NCBI GenBank assembly: GCA_044353005.1
Contig: JBILCS010000001.1
Coordinates: 4,287 to 68,286, forward strand
Direction of reading: 5' to 3'
Origin: Sediminibacterium sp.
Lineage (GTDB): Bacteria; Bacteroidota; Bacteroidia; Chitinophagales; Chitinophagaceae
Length of the DNA stretch: 64,000 nt
Shown here: positions 30,565 through 40,390 of the stretch, piece by piece
How the letters are laid out: the number at the start of each line of letters is the position of its first letter
Position numbering within the stretch: position 1 is the stretch's first letter
The notes under the pieces: generated by a model
Databases searched by the model: none
What the model was told of the DNA's origin: nothing
What the model saw: only the letters and a program-made list of their open reading frames with translations
Position numbers and translations under genes: made by a program

Positions 30565-31911
30565 ATGAACAAAGGAAAATTATTTCAGTCAACCGTAGTC
30601 GCTGCTCTTGCAGGATTTATTTTTGGATTTGATATGGTGGTGATTTCTGGTGCTGATAAACCTATTCAAGTGTTATGGCAGACTTCACCTTGGTTTCATG
30701 GATTCTTTATTATGTCTATGGCATTATGGGGTACCGTGATCGGGTCTGTTTTTGCAGGCGCACCAACAGAAAAGTATGGTCGTAAAAAAGTGTTGATATG
30801 GTTAGGTATTATGTTTATTGCATCTGCTATTGGATCTGCATTGGCACAAGACCCTTATACTTTTTCTTTCTTTAGATTAATTGGAGGCATTGCCATTGGT
30901 GTATCATCTGTAGCAGCGCCAACGTATATTTCTGAAATTTCTAATAAAAATAACAGAGGAAAATTAGTGGGCATGTACCAGTTCAATATCGTCTTTGGTA
31001 TTTTAGTGGCTTATTTATCTAATTATTTTTTAGCAGGTGTTGGTGGTGAAAATGATTGGCGTTGGATGCTAGCTGTTTTATTGATTCCTTCTATCATTTA
31101 TACTTTAATGACACTGGGTTTACCAGAAAGTCCAAGATGGTTATTCTCTGTTAAAAACGACGAGGCAGGCGCAAGAGCAAACCTAGCCATTGTCGGCGTA
31201 GAAAATATTGATGAGACGATTCAAGAAATAAGCACCGCTTATGAGGAAGAAAAATCACAAGGCAGTATTCAGTTGTTTACAAAACACCACAGCAAAATAC
31301 TTTCTATTGCTTTTTTTGTTGCTTTTTTTAATCAGGCTTCGGGTATCAACTTTCTTTTATATTATGCGCCTAGAATTTTAGAAGAAGCTGGTTTTGCAAA
31401 GAACAATTCTTTATTAAGTTCCATCTCATTAGGTCTAATGAACTTGGTATTTACCTTTGTAGGTCTTTGGTTAATTGACCGCATTGGTCGTAAGACTTTA
31501 TTAATTATTGGATCATTTGGATACATTATTAGTTTGTCCATGGTGGCCTACGGTTTTATTAATCATAGCGCACCTGAGTTCATGCTTAGCTTTTTATTGT
31601 TATTTATAGCAGCACATGCTATTGGACAAGGTGCGGTGATTTGGGTATTGATATCAGAAATCTTTCCTACTCAAATTAGAGCCAAGGGTCAAGCCTTTGG
31701 CGCTAGCATCCACTGGGTGTTTGCAGCGCTTATTACTTTAGTCACACCTGTATTTTTAGATAGTGAAAATGGAATTTTCAAAGACAATCCTTGGCCCATC
31801 TTTGCTTTTTTTACGGTGATGATGGCATTACAATTAGTTTGGATTTTAACTAAAGTACCAGAAACAAAAGGTGTTTCCTTAGAGGCGCTACAAAAGAAAT
31901 TAGCACAGTAA
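30565..31911 (+). CDS. Sugar porter family MFS transporter
   Basis: FGFD, YGRKK, PESPRW, DRIGRK, PETKG. Confidence 0.93.
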   Translation: MNKGKLFQSTVVAALAGFIFGFDMVVISGADKPIQVLWQTSPWFHGFFIMSMALWGTVIGSVFAGAPTEKYGRKKVLIWLGIMFIASAIGSALAQDPYTFSFFRLIGGIAIGVSSVAAPTYISEISNKNNRGKLVGMYQFNIVFGILVAYLSNYFLAGVGGENDWRWMLAVLLIPSIIYTLMTLGLPESPRWLFSVKNDEAGARANLAIVGVENIDETIQEISTAYEEEKSQGSIQLFTKHHSKILSIAFFVAFFNQASGINFLLYYAPRILEEAGFAKNNSLLSSISLGLMNLVFTFVGLWLIDRIGRKTLLIIGSFGYIISLSMVAYGFINHSAPEFMLSFLLLFIAAHAIGQGAVIWVLISEIFPTQIRAKGQAFGASIHWVFAALITLVTPVFLDSENGIFKDNPWPIFAFFTVMMALQLVWILTKVPETKGVSLEALQKKLAQ

Positions 31912-31914
31912 ACT

Positions 31915-31942
31915 AAAAGCGACTCCATGGGGTCGCTTTTTT
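31915..31942. terminator. Rho-independent terminator (A-tract and T-tract on either side)
   Basis: AAAAGCGACTC-CATG-GGGTCGCTTTTTT. Confidence 0.8.
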
Positions 31943-31983
31943 ATGAATAAGATTGTAACATTGATACGAGTAAAAAAATAATT

Positions 31984-33057
31984 ATTCAGTTTCGTAATTT
32001 TAAAATGGTCGATTATGTTGTGTATGGCCGTGGTGCTTTTAATCAAGTAGATGAAATTATTGCCCCGCATCGTAAGGGTGATTTTCCAATGATATTTTTT
32101 CTAGATCATTTTTTTGAAGGAAAACCTTTGGCAAGTAGAGTGCCATTAAGAGGCAAAGACAAAATTATTTTTGTGGATGTGACTTATGAACCAAAGACGA
32201 CACAGGTGGATGCACTTGCAGCTGAATTAAAAGCAACATTTGGTGAAGTGAGTGGTATTATTGGTATTGGTGGCGGATCAACTTTAGATTTAGCAAAAGC
32301 CGTTGCTTTGATGATGAAAAATCCTGGTTCTTCTGCAGACTACCAAGGATGGGACTTAGTACAACAAGCAGGTGTTTATAAAGTGGGTATCCCAACACTA
32401 AGTGGAACGGGCGCAGAAGTGAGTCGTACCACTGTTCTAACGGGACCAACTAGAAAGCTGGGCATGAACTCTGACTTTACCCCATTTGATCAAATTGTTT
32501 TAGATCCTGCATTAACAAAGGACGCACCTGCAAACCAACGTTTTTATACAGGCATGGATTGTTATATTCATTGCATTGAAAGTTTAGAAGGTACATTCTT
32601 AAACGAGTTTAGTAAGAGTTACGGTGAAAAAGCATTAGAACTTTGTAGAAAAGTGTTTGTAGAAAAAAATACCTGGGATGATGAATGTGATGATCAATTA
32701 ATGATGGCCTCTTATGCAGGCGGAATGAGTATTGCGTATAGCCAAGTTGGTGTGGCGCATGCAGTGAGCTATGGCCTAAGTTATTTATTAGGAACAAAAC
32801 ATGGTATCGGTAACTGTATCGTGATGAATCACTTAGAGGAATATTATCCAGCCGGTGTTAAAGAGTTTAAGCACATGGTAGCTAAAAATAATATTGATAT
32901 TCCAGTTGGCATTTGTGCGAATTTATCAGAGGAACAATTTGACGCAATGATCAACGTGTCTTTAGGTATGAAGCCATTATGGGAGAATGCACTTGGAAAA
33001 GATTGGGAGCAAATTATGACACGAGAGAAATTGAGAGCGCTTTATAACAAACTATAG
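31984..33057 (+). CDS. kdnB: Iron-containing alcohol dehydrogenase family, KdnB-like (Kdo 8-oxidase); start either ATT 31984 or ATG 32005
   Basis: GIGGGS, PTLSGTGAE, DCYIHCIES, HGIGNC; N-terminus FRNFKMV...GRG resembles KdnB as I recall it; kdsB two genes upstream. Confidence 0.7.
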   Translation: MQFRNFKMVDYVVYGRGAFNQVDEIIAPHRKGDFPMIFFLDHFFEGKPLASRVPLRGKDKIIFVDVTYEPKTTQVDALAAELKATFGEVSGIIGIGGGSTLDLAKAVALMMKNPGSSADYQGWDLVQQAGVYKVGIPTLSGTGAEVSRTTVLTGPTRKLGMNSDFTPFDQIVLDPALTKDAPANQRFYTGMDCYIHCIESLEGTFLNEFSKSYGEKALELCRKVFVEKNTWDDECDDQLMMASYAGGMSIAYSQVGVAHAVSYGLSYLLGTKHGIGNCIVMNHLEEYYPAGVKEFKHMVAKNNIDIPVGICANLSEEQFDAMINVSLGMKPLWENALGKDWEQIMTREKLRALYNKL

Positions 33058-33070
33058 AAAAATAAAATTA

Positions 33071-33670
33071 CTATTCCGCTACTGCTACCACTTCTTTCAC
33101 TTCGGGAATCATACGCTTCATCATGCCTTCGATACCTGCTTTAAGTGTTACCATGCTAGATGGACAACCACTACAAGAGCCTTGTAGCATCAGGTTAACG
33201 ATACCGTTATTATAACTTTTAAATTGTATTGCACCGCCATCCATTTCAACAGCTGGCTTTACATAGTTTTCTAATAATTCTTTTACGCGCTTTACAATAT
33301 CATCGTCATCAGCAGATACCACATTGGTTGCTTCTTGTTTCATCTTAGCAACTTCATCTTCATTCACGACCACACCACCTGCTTCTAAATATTCTTTCAA
33401 GAATGTTTTGATAGTAGGAATGACATCCTGCCAATCTTCGGTATCAGTCGTTTTTGTTAATGTCACAAAATTGCTAGCGATAAAAACACTTTTGATAAAA
33501 GGGAAACTAAATAATTCTTTCGCCAATGGAGAAGCGGTTGCCAAGGCTTCTTCTGCTACATCTAAACTTTTACCTGGATACAATAGTTTGTTGGCTACAA
33601 ACTTCATTGTTTCTGGATTGGGTGTCATTTCTGTATAAATGCTCACGATGGTATTGCCTGTTGTAATCAT
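33071..33670 (-). CDS. NifU/Nfu family Fe-S cluster carrier
   Basis: TPNPETMKF N-domain; DGG...GSCSGCPSS. Confidence 0.92.
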   Translation of the reverse strand: MITTGNTIVSIYTEMTPNPETMKFVANKLLYPGKSLDVAEEALATASPLAKELFSFPFIKSVFIASNFVTLTKTTDTEDWQDVIPTIKTFLKEYLEAGGVVVNEDEVAKMKQEATNVVSADDDDIVKRVKELLENYVKPAVEMDGGAIQFKSYNNGIVNLMLQGSCSGCPSSMVTLKAGIEGMMKRMIPEVKEVVAVAE

Positions 33671-33817
33671 AATTGCTTTTTTATTCAGTCCAGCGCAAAA
33701 ATAATCAAAATGAATGGCTTGCTAGCCCATGAAGGGGGATAATGGCGTTATTTTTCCGATATCGAAAGACAACAAATAGCCTGTTGATGCCTATTTAGAT
33801 CCCATTGTCTACATCAT

Positions 33818-36151
33818 TTAGGTGTTGATGATCATTAATTTAGCATAGTTCAACATGATCTTTTTCTCACCATTCAGATCAAAAAGGATATTGGCTATTG
33901 GGTTATGTGCCGAACCTTCAATGGTTTTAATGATGCCAAACCCAAATTTTTGATGCTCTACTTTCATGCCCTCTTCTAGTGCAGTTGGGTCAGCAGCGGC
34001 AAAATTGGCCGAAGGAATATGGTTTTTATTCAAAGTGCTTGGAGGTGTCACAGGTAAGTAGCTAGGCTTGGTATCGCCGGAGGCTTTTGGCTTGGATTCA
34101 TTCCAATAGCCCGACTTATTGCCGCCGTGCATTCTGTCGTAGGCGCTGCCCCATCCGCTTGATTGGTTTCTTGCACTGCCACCCGCACTGGATTTATCTA
34201 ATTTTTCTTCTGGCATTTCTTCAATGAACCTACTTGGATCATTTTGTACCAGTTGCCCAAATCGATATCTCGAGTTGGCATAGCTTAACCATAAATGTTT
34301 TTTTGCTCTTGTTACGGCAACATAAAACAACCTACGCTCTTCTTCTAATTCCTCTCTTGTATTCACACTCATGCCACTTGGAAACAATGTTTCTTCTAAG
34401 CCAACTACAAATACGCAATCAAATTCTAAACCTTTTGCTGCGTGCACCGTCATTAATTTTACGGTGTCTTCGTTTCCGTTATCATTATCGGCATCGGTAA
34501 TTAAAGTGATTTGTTGTAAATAAGACCCTAAGCTTTTATCTCCTAACTCACCATCGTCATTACTAGGGCTCTCTGTCCACTCTTTAATGGAGTTCAATAA
34601 TTCTTGAACGTTTTCATAACGCGCTAATCCTTCTGTAGATTTATCGTTGAAAAGTTCCTTAATGATATTGGTACTCTTACCAACCTGCACTGCCACATCG
34701 TAGGCATTATTTTTAGTTAAGAGATTTTGAAAATATTTTACCATTGTTACAAACTCTTCTATAGAATTGAGCGTGCCTGCTTTAAAACCAAAACCTTTTG
34801 CCTTATCTAGTACTTCAAAAAAAGTTATATTTTGTTCACTTGCTATCACCAAACATTTTTCCACTGTCGTTTTACCAATCCCTCTAACTGGATAGTTGAT
34901 AATTCTTTTTAAGCCTTCTTCGTCTTTTGGATTGGCAATGACACGCAGGTAAGCGATAAAATCTTTAACCTCCTTTCTTTGATAAAAGCTAAGCCCACCA
35001 TAAATCTTATAAGCAATGCCTGTTCTTCTTAAACTTTCCTCAAAGGACCTTGACTGGGCGTTGGTCCTATATAAAATGGCAAAGTCTTTATTATAAAAAT
35101 GATTTCTTAATTTATTTTCTTGGATACTATCTGCAACAAATTTTCCTTCATCATTGTCGGTCATTGTTCGCACCAACTTAATTTTGTCACCTTCTTCGTT
35201 ATCTGTCCAAAGCTCTTTTGGTATTTGACCTTTATTGTTTTTAATCACACAGTTAGCGACTTCGATGATGGACTTGCTGCTTCTATAGTTCTGTTCTAGC
35301 TTGACCAACTTTACGTCGTCATAATCTTTTTGAAATTGTAAAATGTTTTCGATGGTGGCACCACGAAAGCTATAAATACTTTGTGCATCATCACCTACCA
35401 CACAAAGATTTTCATGTACCGCTGCAAGTAGTTTTGCAATTTGATACTGTACCGGATTGGTATCCTGGTACTCATCAATTAAAATATATTTAAACTTGTG
35501 TTGATATTTGTGCAATACTTCTGGAAAGTCACGCAAGAGTTCATGCATTTTAAAAAGTAAGTCATCAAAATCCATGGCCCCGCTTTTAAAACAACGAGCC
35601 ACATAGCTTGCATAAATTTCTGCAATTTGAGGTCTGTTAGATCTTGCATCTTCTTGCTTCAAAAAATTGTCCATCGCATATTCAGCAGGACCTACCAAAG
35701 CATTTTTAGCTGACGAGATACGATTGTGTACAATATTGGGTTTATACAATTTGTCATCCAAGCCCATATCATTGATCACTTGCTTTAAAACAGACCTTGA
35801 ATCGTCGGTATCGTAGATGGTAAAGCTCTGTGGATAGCCCAACTTAGCAGCTTCTGCTCTTAAAATACGTGCAAATACGCTGTGGAAAGTGCCAATGTAT
35901 AAGTTGCGGGCTTCCATATTGCCAAGGGCTTTTTCCACCCTTTCTTTCATTTCGGCAGCGGCCTTATTGGTAAAAGTAAGCGCCAAGATATTAAAGGAGT
36001 CCACGCCACTATGCATTAAATGCGCAATACGAGAAGTCAATACTTTTGTTTTACCACTTCCCGCTCCGGCAATAATCATCAAGGGCCCTTTAAGGTGCAG
36101 CACGGCCTCTTTTTGTGGTTCATTTAATCCGTTCAAATACGCTTGTTGCAT
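33818..36151 (-). CDS. pcrA: ATP-dependent DNA helicase PcrA/UvrD
   Basis: AGAGSGKT, TFTNKAA, DEYQD, GDDAQSIYSFRGA, EQNYRS, TVHAAKGLEF, EERRLFYVA; C-terminal Tudor-like HQKFGFG. Confidence 0.95.
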   Translation of the reverse strand: MQQAYLNGLNEPQKEAVLHLKGPLMIIAGAGSGKTKVLTSRIAHLMHSGVDSFNILALTFTNKAAAEMKERVEKALGNMEARNLYIGTFHSVFARILRAEAAKLGYPQSFTIYDTDDSRSVLKQVINDMGLDDKLYKPNIVHNRISSAKNALVGPAEYAMDNFLKQEDARSNRPQIAEIYASYVARCFKSGAMDFDDLLFKMHELLRDFPEVLHKYQHKFKYILIDEYQDTNPVQYQIAKLLAAVHENLCVVGDDAQSIYSFRGATIENILQFQKDYDDVKLVKLEQNYRSSKSIIEVANCVIKNNKGQIPKELWTDNEEGDKIKLVRTMTDNDEGKFVADSIQENKLRNHFYNKDFAILYRTNAQSRSFEESLRRTGIAYKIYGGLSFYQRKEVKDFIAYLRVIANPKDEEGLKRIINYPVRGIGKTTVEKCLVIASEQNITFFEVLDKAKGFGFKAGTLNSIEEFVTMVKYFQNLLTKNNAYDVAVQVGKSTNIIKELFNDKSTEGLARYENVQELLNSIKEWTESPSNDDGELGDKSLGSYLQQITLITDADNDNGNEDTVKLMTVHAAKGLEFDCVFVVGLEETLFPSGMSVNTREELEEERRLFYVAVTRAKKHLWLSYANSRYRFGQLVQNDPSRFIEEMPEEKLDKSSAGGSARNQSSGWGSAYDRMHGGNKSGYWNESKPKASGDTKPSYLPVTPPSTLNKNHIPSANFAAADPTALEEGMKVEHQKFGFGIIKTIEGSAHNPIANILFDLNGEKKIMLNYAKLMIINT

Positions 36152-36233
36152 CCTGCGAAGATACGTGTACTTGATGCAATTATAAAGCAGGTGGAAAACT
36201 AAAAATAATAAAAAGCTTTAAAAATAAGGAGGC

Positions 36234-36268
36234 AAAAAAATCAGGGCACCTGTTGGAGGGTGCCCTGA
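36234..36268 (-). terminator. Terminator after the OmpA/MotB gene
   Basis: TCAGGGCACC/GGTGCCCTGA stem; T7 on the minus strand. Confidence 0.8.
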
Positions 36269-36322
36269 AAAATCTTGGTATATAGTTAAATCAATCTTTA
36301 AACAGAATGATTGTTCTATCGA

Positions 36323-37213
36323 CTACTTATTCTCTAATAATTTAAAGAATTGATCTAATTGAGGTAAGATCACGATTCTTGTTCTTCTGTTTTTAGCTCT
36401 GTTTGTAGCGTTATCATTTTCAACCACTGGCGCATATTCACCTCTACCTGCTGCTGTCATACGCTTAGGATCTAAACCATAAGTATCTTGTAATATACGT
36501 ACCACTGTCGTTGCACGCTTTACAGATAAATCCCAGTTGTCTTCTAATACAGAACCATTGTCTAATAATTGTTGAGAATCTGTATGACCTTCTACCATAA
36601 ATTCGATAGATGGTTGTGCTGCTAATACTTTAGCTACTTTACCCAATACAGTTTTAGCTTTGTCTGTGATATTGAAGCTTCCGCTTTTGAATAATAATTT
36701 ATCAGAAATATCAACGTATACCACGCCCTTATCCACTTTCACATTTACGTCATCGTCGTTCAAGTCGCCTAATACACCTTTCAAGTTCATTACCAAATTC
36801 ATATTGATAGAATCCTTGCGAGCCATAGAGCTTTGTAAGCCTTGAATATAAAGGTCTTTTGATCCAATATTGTCTAAAGACTTCTTGATGCTTTCTGCTT
36901 GTGCACCTGTCACTACAGACATGTCCTTCAATTGGCTTAAGACCACATTGTTATTTTCTTTTAAAAAGTCGATTTGCTTATTTAAATCCGCTACTTGATT
37001 CTCTAAAGCTTTTCTTTCTGCAGCAATTTTATCTGCATCGTTTTTTGCTTTTGAAGTTGCGTCTTGTGCATCACGGTATTTACTTTGAAGATCTGCGTAT
37101 GCGCCATTTAATTGACCATATTTAGCTTCTGCCTCTTGTAATTTTTTAGGGCTAACGCAAGAAAAAGCACCTAAGCTTATAAGAGCAAGCGCTAAAAAAA
37201 TTTTACTTTTCAT
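36323..37213 (-). CDS. OmpA/MotB-family lipoprotein with coiled coil
   Basis: Lipobox AFSC, coiled coil, EGHTD, NWDLSVKRA, NRRTRI. Confidence 0.9.
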   Translation of the reverse strand: MKSKIFLALALISLGAFSCVSPKKLQEAEAKYGQLNGAYADLQSKYRDAQDATSKAKNDADKIAAERKALENQVADLNKQIDFLKENNNVVLSQLKDMSVVTGAQAESIKKSLDNIGSKDLYIQGLQSSMARKDSINMNLVMNLKGVLGDLNDDDVNVKVDKGVVYVDISDKLLFKSGSFNITDKAKTVLGKVAKVLAAQPSIEFMVEGHTDSQQLLDNGSVLEDNWDLSVKRATTVVRILQDTYGLDPKRMTAAGRGEYAPVVENDNATNRAKNRRTRIVILPQLDQFFKLLENK

Positions 37214-37313
37214 GTTAAGTCTGTTTTTAATATATGAATAATCAAGTTATTGCTGTGACAAAAATAAGAAACTACGGCATAGGAATAAAACAAAAATGAA
37301 AAATCACTTGTTT

Positions 37314-37880
37314 TTAACAAACTATATCGTCTGTGATGCCATATTCAGGAACATAGCCCTTAAATTCTTTAAAAAAATTGACAATGGAGCGTAAATCGGC
37401 AGATTCATCATTGCTGGTATAGAAAGGGTCTGCAAAAACCACCCGTCTCTTGCCAAAATCAAAACCTACCATCAGAATGGGCACCCCTGCGTTTTTAGCG
37501 ATATGGTAAAAGCCCGTTTTAAATTTAAGGACCTTTGTTCTTGTGCCTTCTGGGGAAATCGCAATATGAAAGCGTTCATTTTTACGATAAAGGTCCACCA
37601 CCTGTTCTACCATATTGTTCTTTTTACGTCGATCCACAGGATGACCCCCTAAAAGTCTAAAAAACCAACCAGTTATGGGGTTAAAGAGTTCTTTTTTACC
37701 CAAAAAATGCACAAATTTAAAATGCATTTGTTGGCGTACGGCTAAACCAAGGAAAAAATCTACTCCATGGGTATGGGGCCCTGCAATGATCACAGACTGC
37801 TTTAATGTATGCGGAAAGTTACCTTCTGTTTTCCAACCCCTTACTGTAAAAAACCACCACGCTAAAAATTGCTGAAACAT
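37314..37880 (-). CDS. PlsC-family acyltransferase
   Basis: PHTHGVD, PEGTR, KTGFYHIA. Confidence 0.88.
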   Translation of the reverse strand: MFQQFLAWWFFTVRGWKTEGNFPHTLKQSVIIAGPHTHGVDFFLGLAVRQQMHFKFVHFLGKKELFNPITGWFFRLLGGHPVDRRKKNNMVEQVVDLYRKNERFHIAISPEGTRTKVLKFKTGFYHIAKNAGVPILMVGFDFGKRRVVFADPFYTSNDESADLRSIVNFFKEFKGYVPEYGITDDIVC

Positions 37881-37889
37881 ATAATAAAA

Positions 37890-38936
37890 TTAAAGATGCA
37901 TTAATAGACCTGCGTTATGAATTGGATTGACTTCTGAAGCAACTATTTTTTCTGTTTTAAATTTTGGAATAGCAGCAGCTTCGATATTTTTTAAATAGAC
38001 CTTATCATAATATTTTAATAAAATAGAAAAAGCGCCTTCGATATTGTTTTCAACTAGTAAATTCACTGCGGTCTTTGTCTCTAATCCCCCCAGTCTTTTT
38101 TGAATTCTCAAAGTGGCTGCTATTAAATCAGCTACTGCAAACTTACCATAAGCTTGAGCGATAAATTGCAAACGAGCATCAAATGGGATATCAATAAAAT
38201 AACAAATACTATTACGTATATTTTTAAAAAAAGTAATAGGCAACATATTTGTTCCAATTCTTTGACTCTCGTCTTCTATCCAAAAAAAAGGATTTTTTGA
38301 ACTTATATTTAATAAAGCCCTCGCTAAATTATTTTCAAATTGCTCTTGACTATCTTGTTGATTTTGTCCAAGTGCACCAAATGCAGACCCTTTATGATTT
38401 GCCAACCCTTCTAAATCAATGACAGGTAATTTACTTTTTTGCAGTTGTAATAATATTTCTGTTTTACCTGATCCCGTAAAACCACCCAAGACTTTCATTG
38501 AATAATTTTTTTCGAACTGCGCTAAAACCCAATTGCGATAAGCCTTGTAGCCTCCATTAAGTTGTTCTGTTTTAAAACCGTATAAATCTAATAGCCAAGC
38601 AACTGCAGCACTGCGCATGCCGCCTCTCCAACAGTGTACTAAAATGGTGGGCTTCTTGCCATTTGTTTTTTCGTAGATAGCAGTCCATCCCTCAACTTGC
38701 TCAATCATGTTTTGCATCTTTGTCCCAAAAAAAGGAAGCCCTAATTTAATGGCAGCTTCTCTACTTTCTTGTTTATAGGTGGTACCAATTGCTGCACGTT
38801 CTTCATTGGTGAAAAGTGGAAGTGAAAAAGCAGTTGGGATATGTGCATGTGCATACTCTCCAGGACTTCGAACATCAATGATTAAATAGTTGGATAAATT
38901 TTCAAAAATCCCTTCCCCTGTTTTTTGTACAGCCAT
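37890..38936 (-). CDS. mnmH: tRNA 2-selenouridine synthase
   Basis: Rhodanese IDVRSPGEY...CWRGGMRS; P-loop GFTGSGKT; DLEGLANHKGSAFG; EDES. Confidence 0.93.
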   Translation of the reverse strand: MAVQKTGEGIFENLSNYLIIDVRSPGEYAHAHIPTAFSLPLFTNEERAAIGTTYKQESREAAIKLGLPFFGTKMQNMIEQVEGWTAIYEKTNGKKPTILVHCWRGGMRSAAVAWLLDLYGFKTEQLNGGYKAYRNWVLAQFEKNYSMKVLGGFTGSGKTEILLQLQKSKLPVIDLEGLANHKGSAFGALGQNQQDSQEQFENNLARALLNISSKNPFFWIEDESQRIGTNMLPITFFKNIRNSICYFIDIPFDARLQFIAQAYGKFAVADLIAATLRIQKRLGGLETKTAVNLLVENNIEGAFSILLKYYDKVYLKNIEAAAIPKFKTEKIVASEVNPIHNAGLLMHL

Positions 38937-38937
38937 G

Positions 38938-40035
38938 CTACAAATTTACTTGCTTTAAGGTTGCTTCCAATGCTTCTTTTGTAAAGCTTTTAAAAGGGAT
39001 GGGTTGGTACTTAAAATTGGCAGCTTCTTTAAGGGCTGTTTCCAGTTTAAATGCACTTTGATCATAGGCAATAGCCCAACCTTTTTCTTGCCATCTTTTA
39101 GCCAAGTATTCCTGTTCTGTTTGTCCAGGAGTGGGTACTAAAATCAGGGACTTATTGAATGGAATTAGTTCCATTAAGCTGGTATATCCACCTCGGCTAA
39201 TAATATACTTTGTATTTTCAATCGCTTTGACCATATCGGGTCCGTCCAAGTGCGGTACGATGGACCCAACTGCAGAAACAGCATGGTTATTGGGTTGACC
39301 AGCTGTGCCAGCGATGAGCTTAAACGGCTGTTGGAGTTGATTCCCTTCTTCCCATAAGACCTCTTGAAAAATGCTTCTTTGTGGCTCTGGTCCAGACACA
39401 ATGCCTAAAAACAAGTGGGTAGGCTGCTGCCCATCCACAGGAACAGAAGCATAGGCTTTTAACCTAGACAAACAATTCATATACCAAACGGGCACGGATG
39501 GTTTTAATATTGGATTTCCTAAAATGCCAGAAAGATTTTGGTCGCCTTCCATATCGGGTACCCAAACCATGGCATAAAAAAGTTTAAACCAACTATACTG
39601 CATCCACTGTAATAATCTAGTTGACCAGCTATAAGGCGTTTGTAGATTCAGCTGATGTGTGATAAATACAGAAGGTGTTTTAAAGTGAAAAAAACCAAGT
39701 CGATTATCAGAAACAATCAAGTCAAATTGTTGGTACCGATTTGTTTTATATAACCACCAAAACTCTCTAAAGATGTTGTACAAAATACGAGGAATCTGTA
39801 AAACCATAATCAATGTAAATCCATCTGCTTTTTTAGAATAACGAATTTGATATCCTTTTAATCTCAGGAAAGTCAAACTAGGAAAGGCTTCTCTTAAAAT
39901 TATTTCGTGCGTTCCTTCTGTAGCAATCGTTACATGATAGCCAAGTTCAATAAACGCAGTAATGACTGGGATACATCTTGTTGCATGACCAAGTCCCCAA
40001 TCTAATGGCGCTATGAGTACCTTTTTTTGTTGCAT
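38938..40035 (-). CDS. GT-B glycosyltransferase (GT28 C-terminal-like)
   Basis: LDWGLGHATR, SDNR, SGPEPQR, PTPGQTEQEYLA. Confidence 0.85.
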   Translation of the reverse strand: MQQKKVLIAPLDWGLGHATRCIPVITAFIELGYHVTIATEGTHEIILREAFPSLTFLRLKGYQIRYSKKADGFTLIMVLQIPRILYNIFREFWWLYKTNRYQQFDLIVSDNRLGFFHFKTPSVFITHQLNLQTPYSWSTRLLQWMQYSWFKLFYAMVWVPDMEGDQNLSGILGNPILKPSVPVWYMNCLSRLKAYASVPVDGQQPTHLFLGIVSGPEPQRSIFQEVLWEEGNQLQQPFKLIAGTAGQPNNHAVSAVGSIVPHLDGPDMVKAIENTKYIISRGGYTSLMELIPFNKSLILVPTPGQTEQEYLAKRWQEKGWAIAYDQSAFKLETALKEAANFKYQPIPFKSFTKEALEATLKQVNL

Positions 40036-40088
40036 GAATCTTTAAATCTTATTCAAATATACTTGTAAAAAATTGTAGTTTTGTGTCC

Positions 40089-40328
40089 ATGTTAAGAAGC
40101 CATATATATCTTGCGAACAACGATGTCTTAAAAAGACAAAAGCAATTGATTTTATTATTGGAAATACATACCATGTTGTATCAGATTGAACATGTAGAAC
40201 AGTTTTATCAGAATATCGAAGTGATTGATTTAAATAAAAGAAAAATCATTCAAAAGCCGCATTTAGTAAAGCGCAGTTTAAAAGACAATCCTGAGAAGCC
40301 CTTTGTCTTTGCTTACCATAAAAATTAG
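40089..40328 (+). CDS. Small hypothetical protein
   Basis: 79-aa ORF from ATG 40089, 5 nt after TAGTTTTG; fills the intergenic gap. Confidence 0.6.
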   Translation: MLRSHIYLANNDVLKRQKQLILLLEIHTMLYQIEHVEQFYQNIEVIDLNKRKIIQKPHLVKRSLKDNPEKPFVFAYHKN

Positions 40329-40390
40329 TTGAATTACACTATCTTTAAGAGGACGATTCCAAAAAATTGTTTTCATTAAAAGAAATAGGT

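Noticed and set aside
36323-37213. MotB-like protein as evidence of flagella
   Set aside because: Lipoprotein OmpA/MotB-domain proteins are common in non-flagellated Bacteroidota; no motA or flagellar genes here
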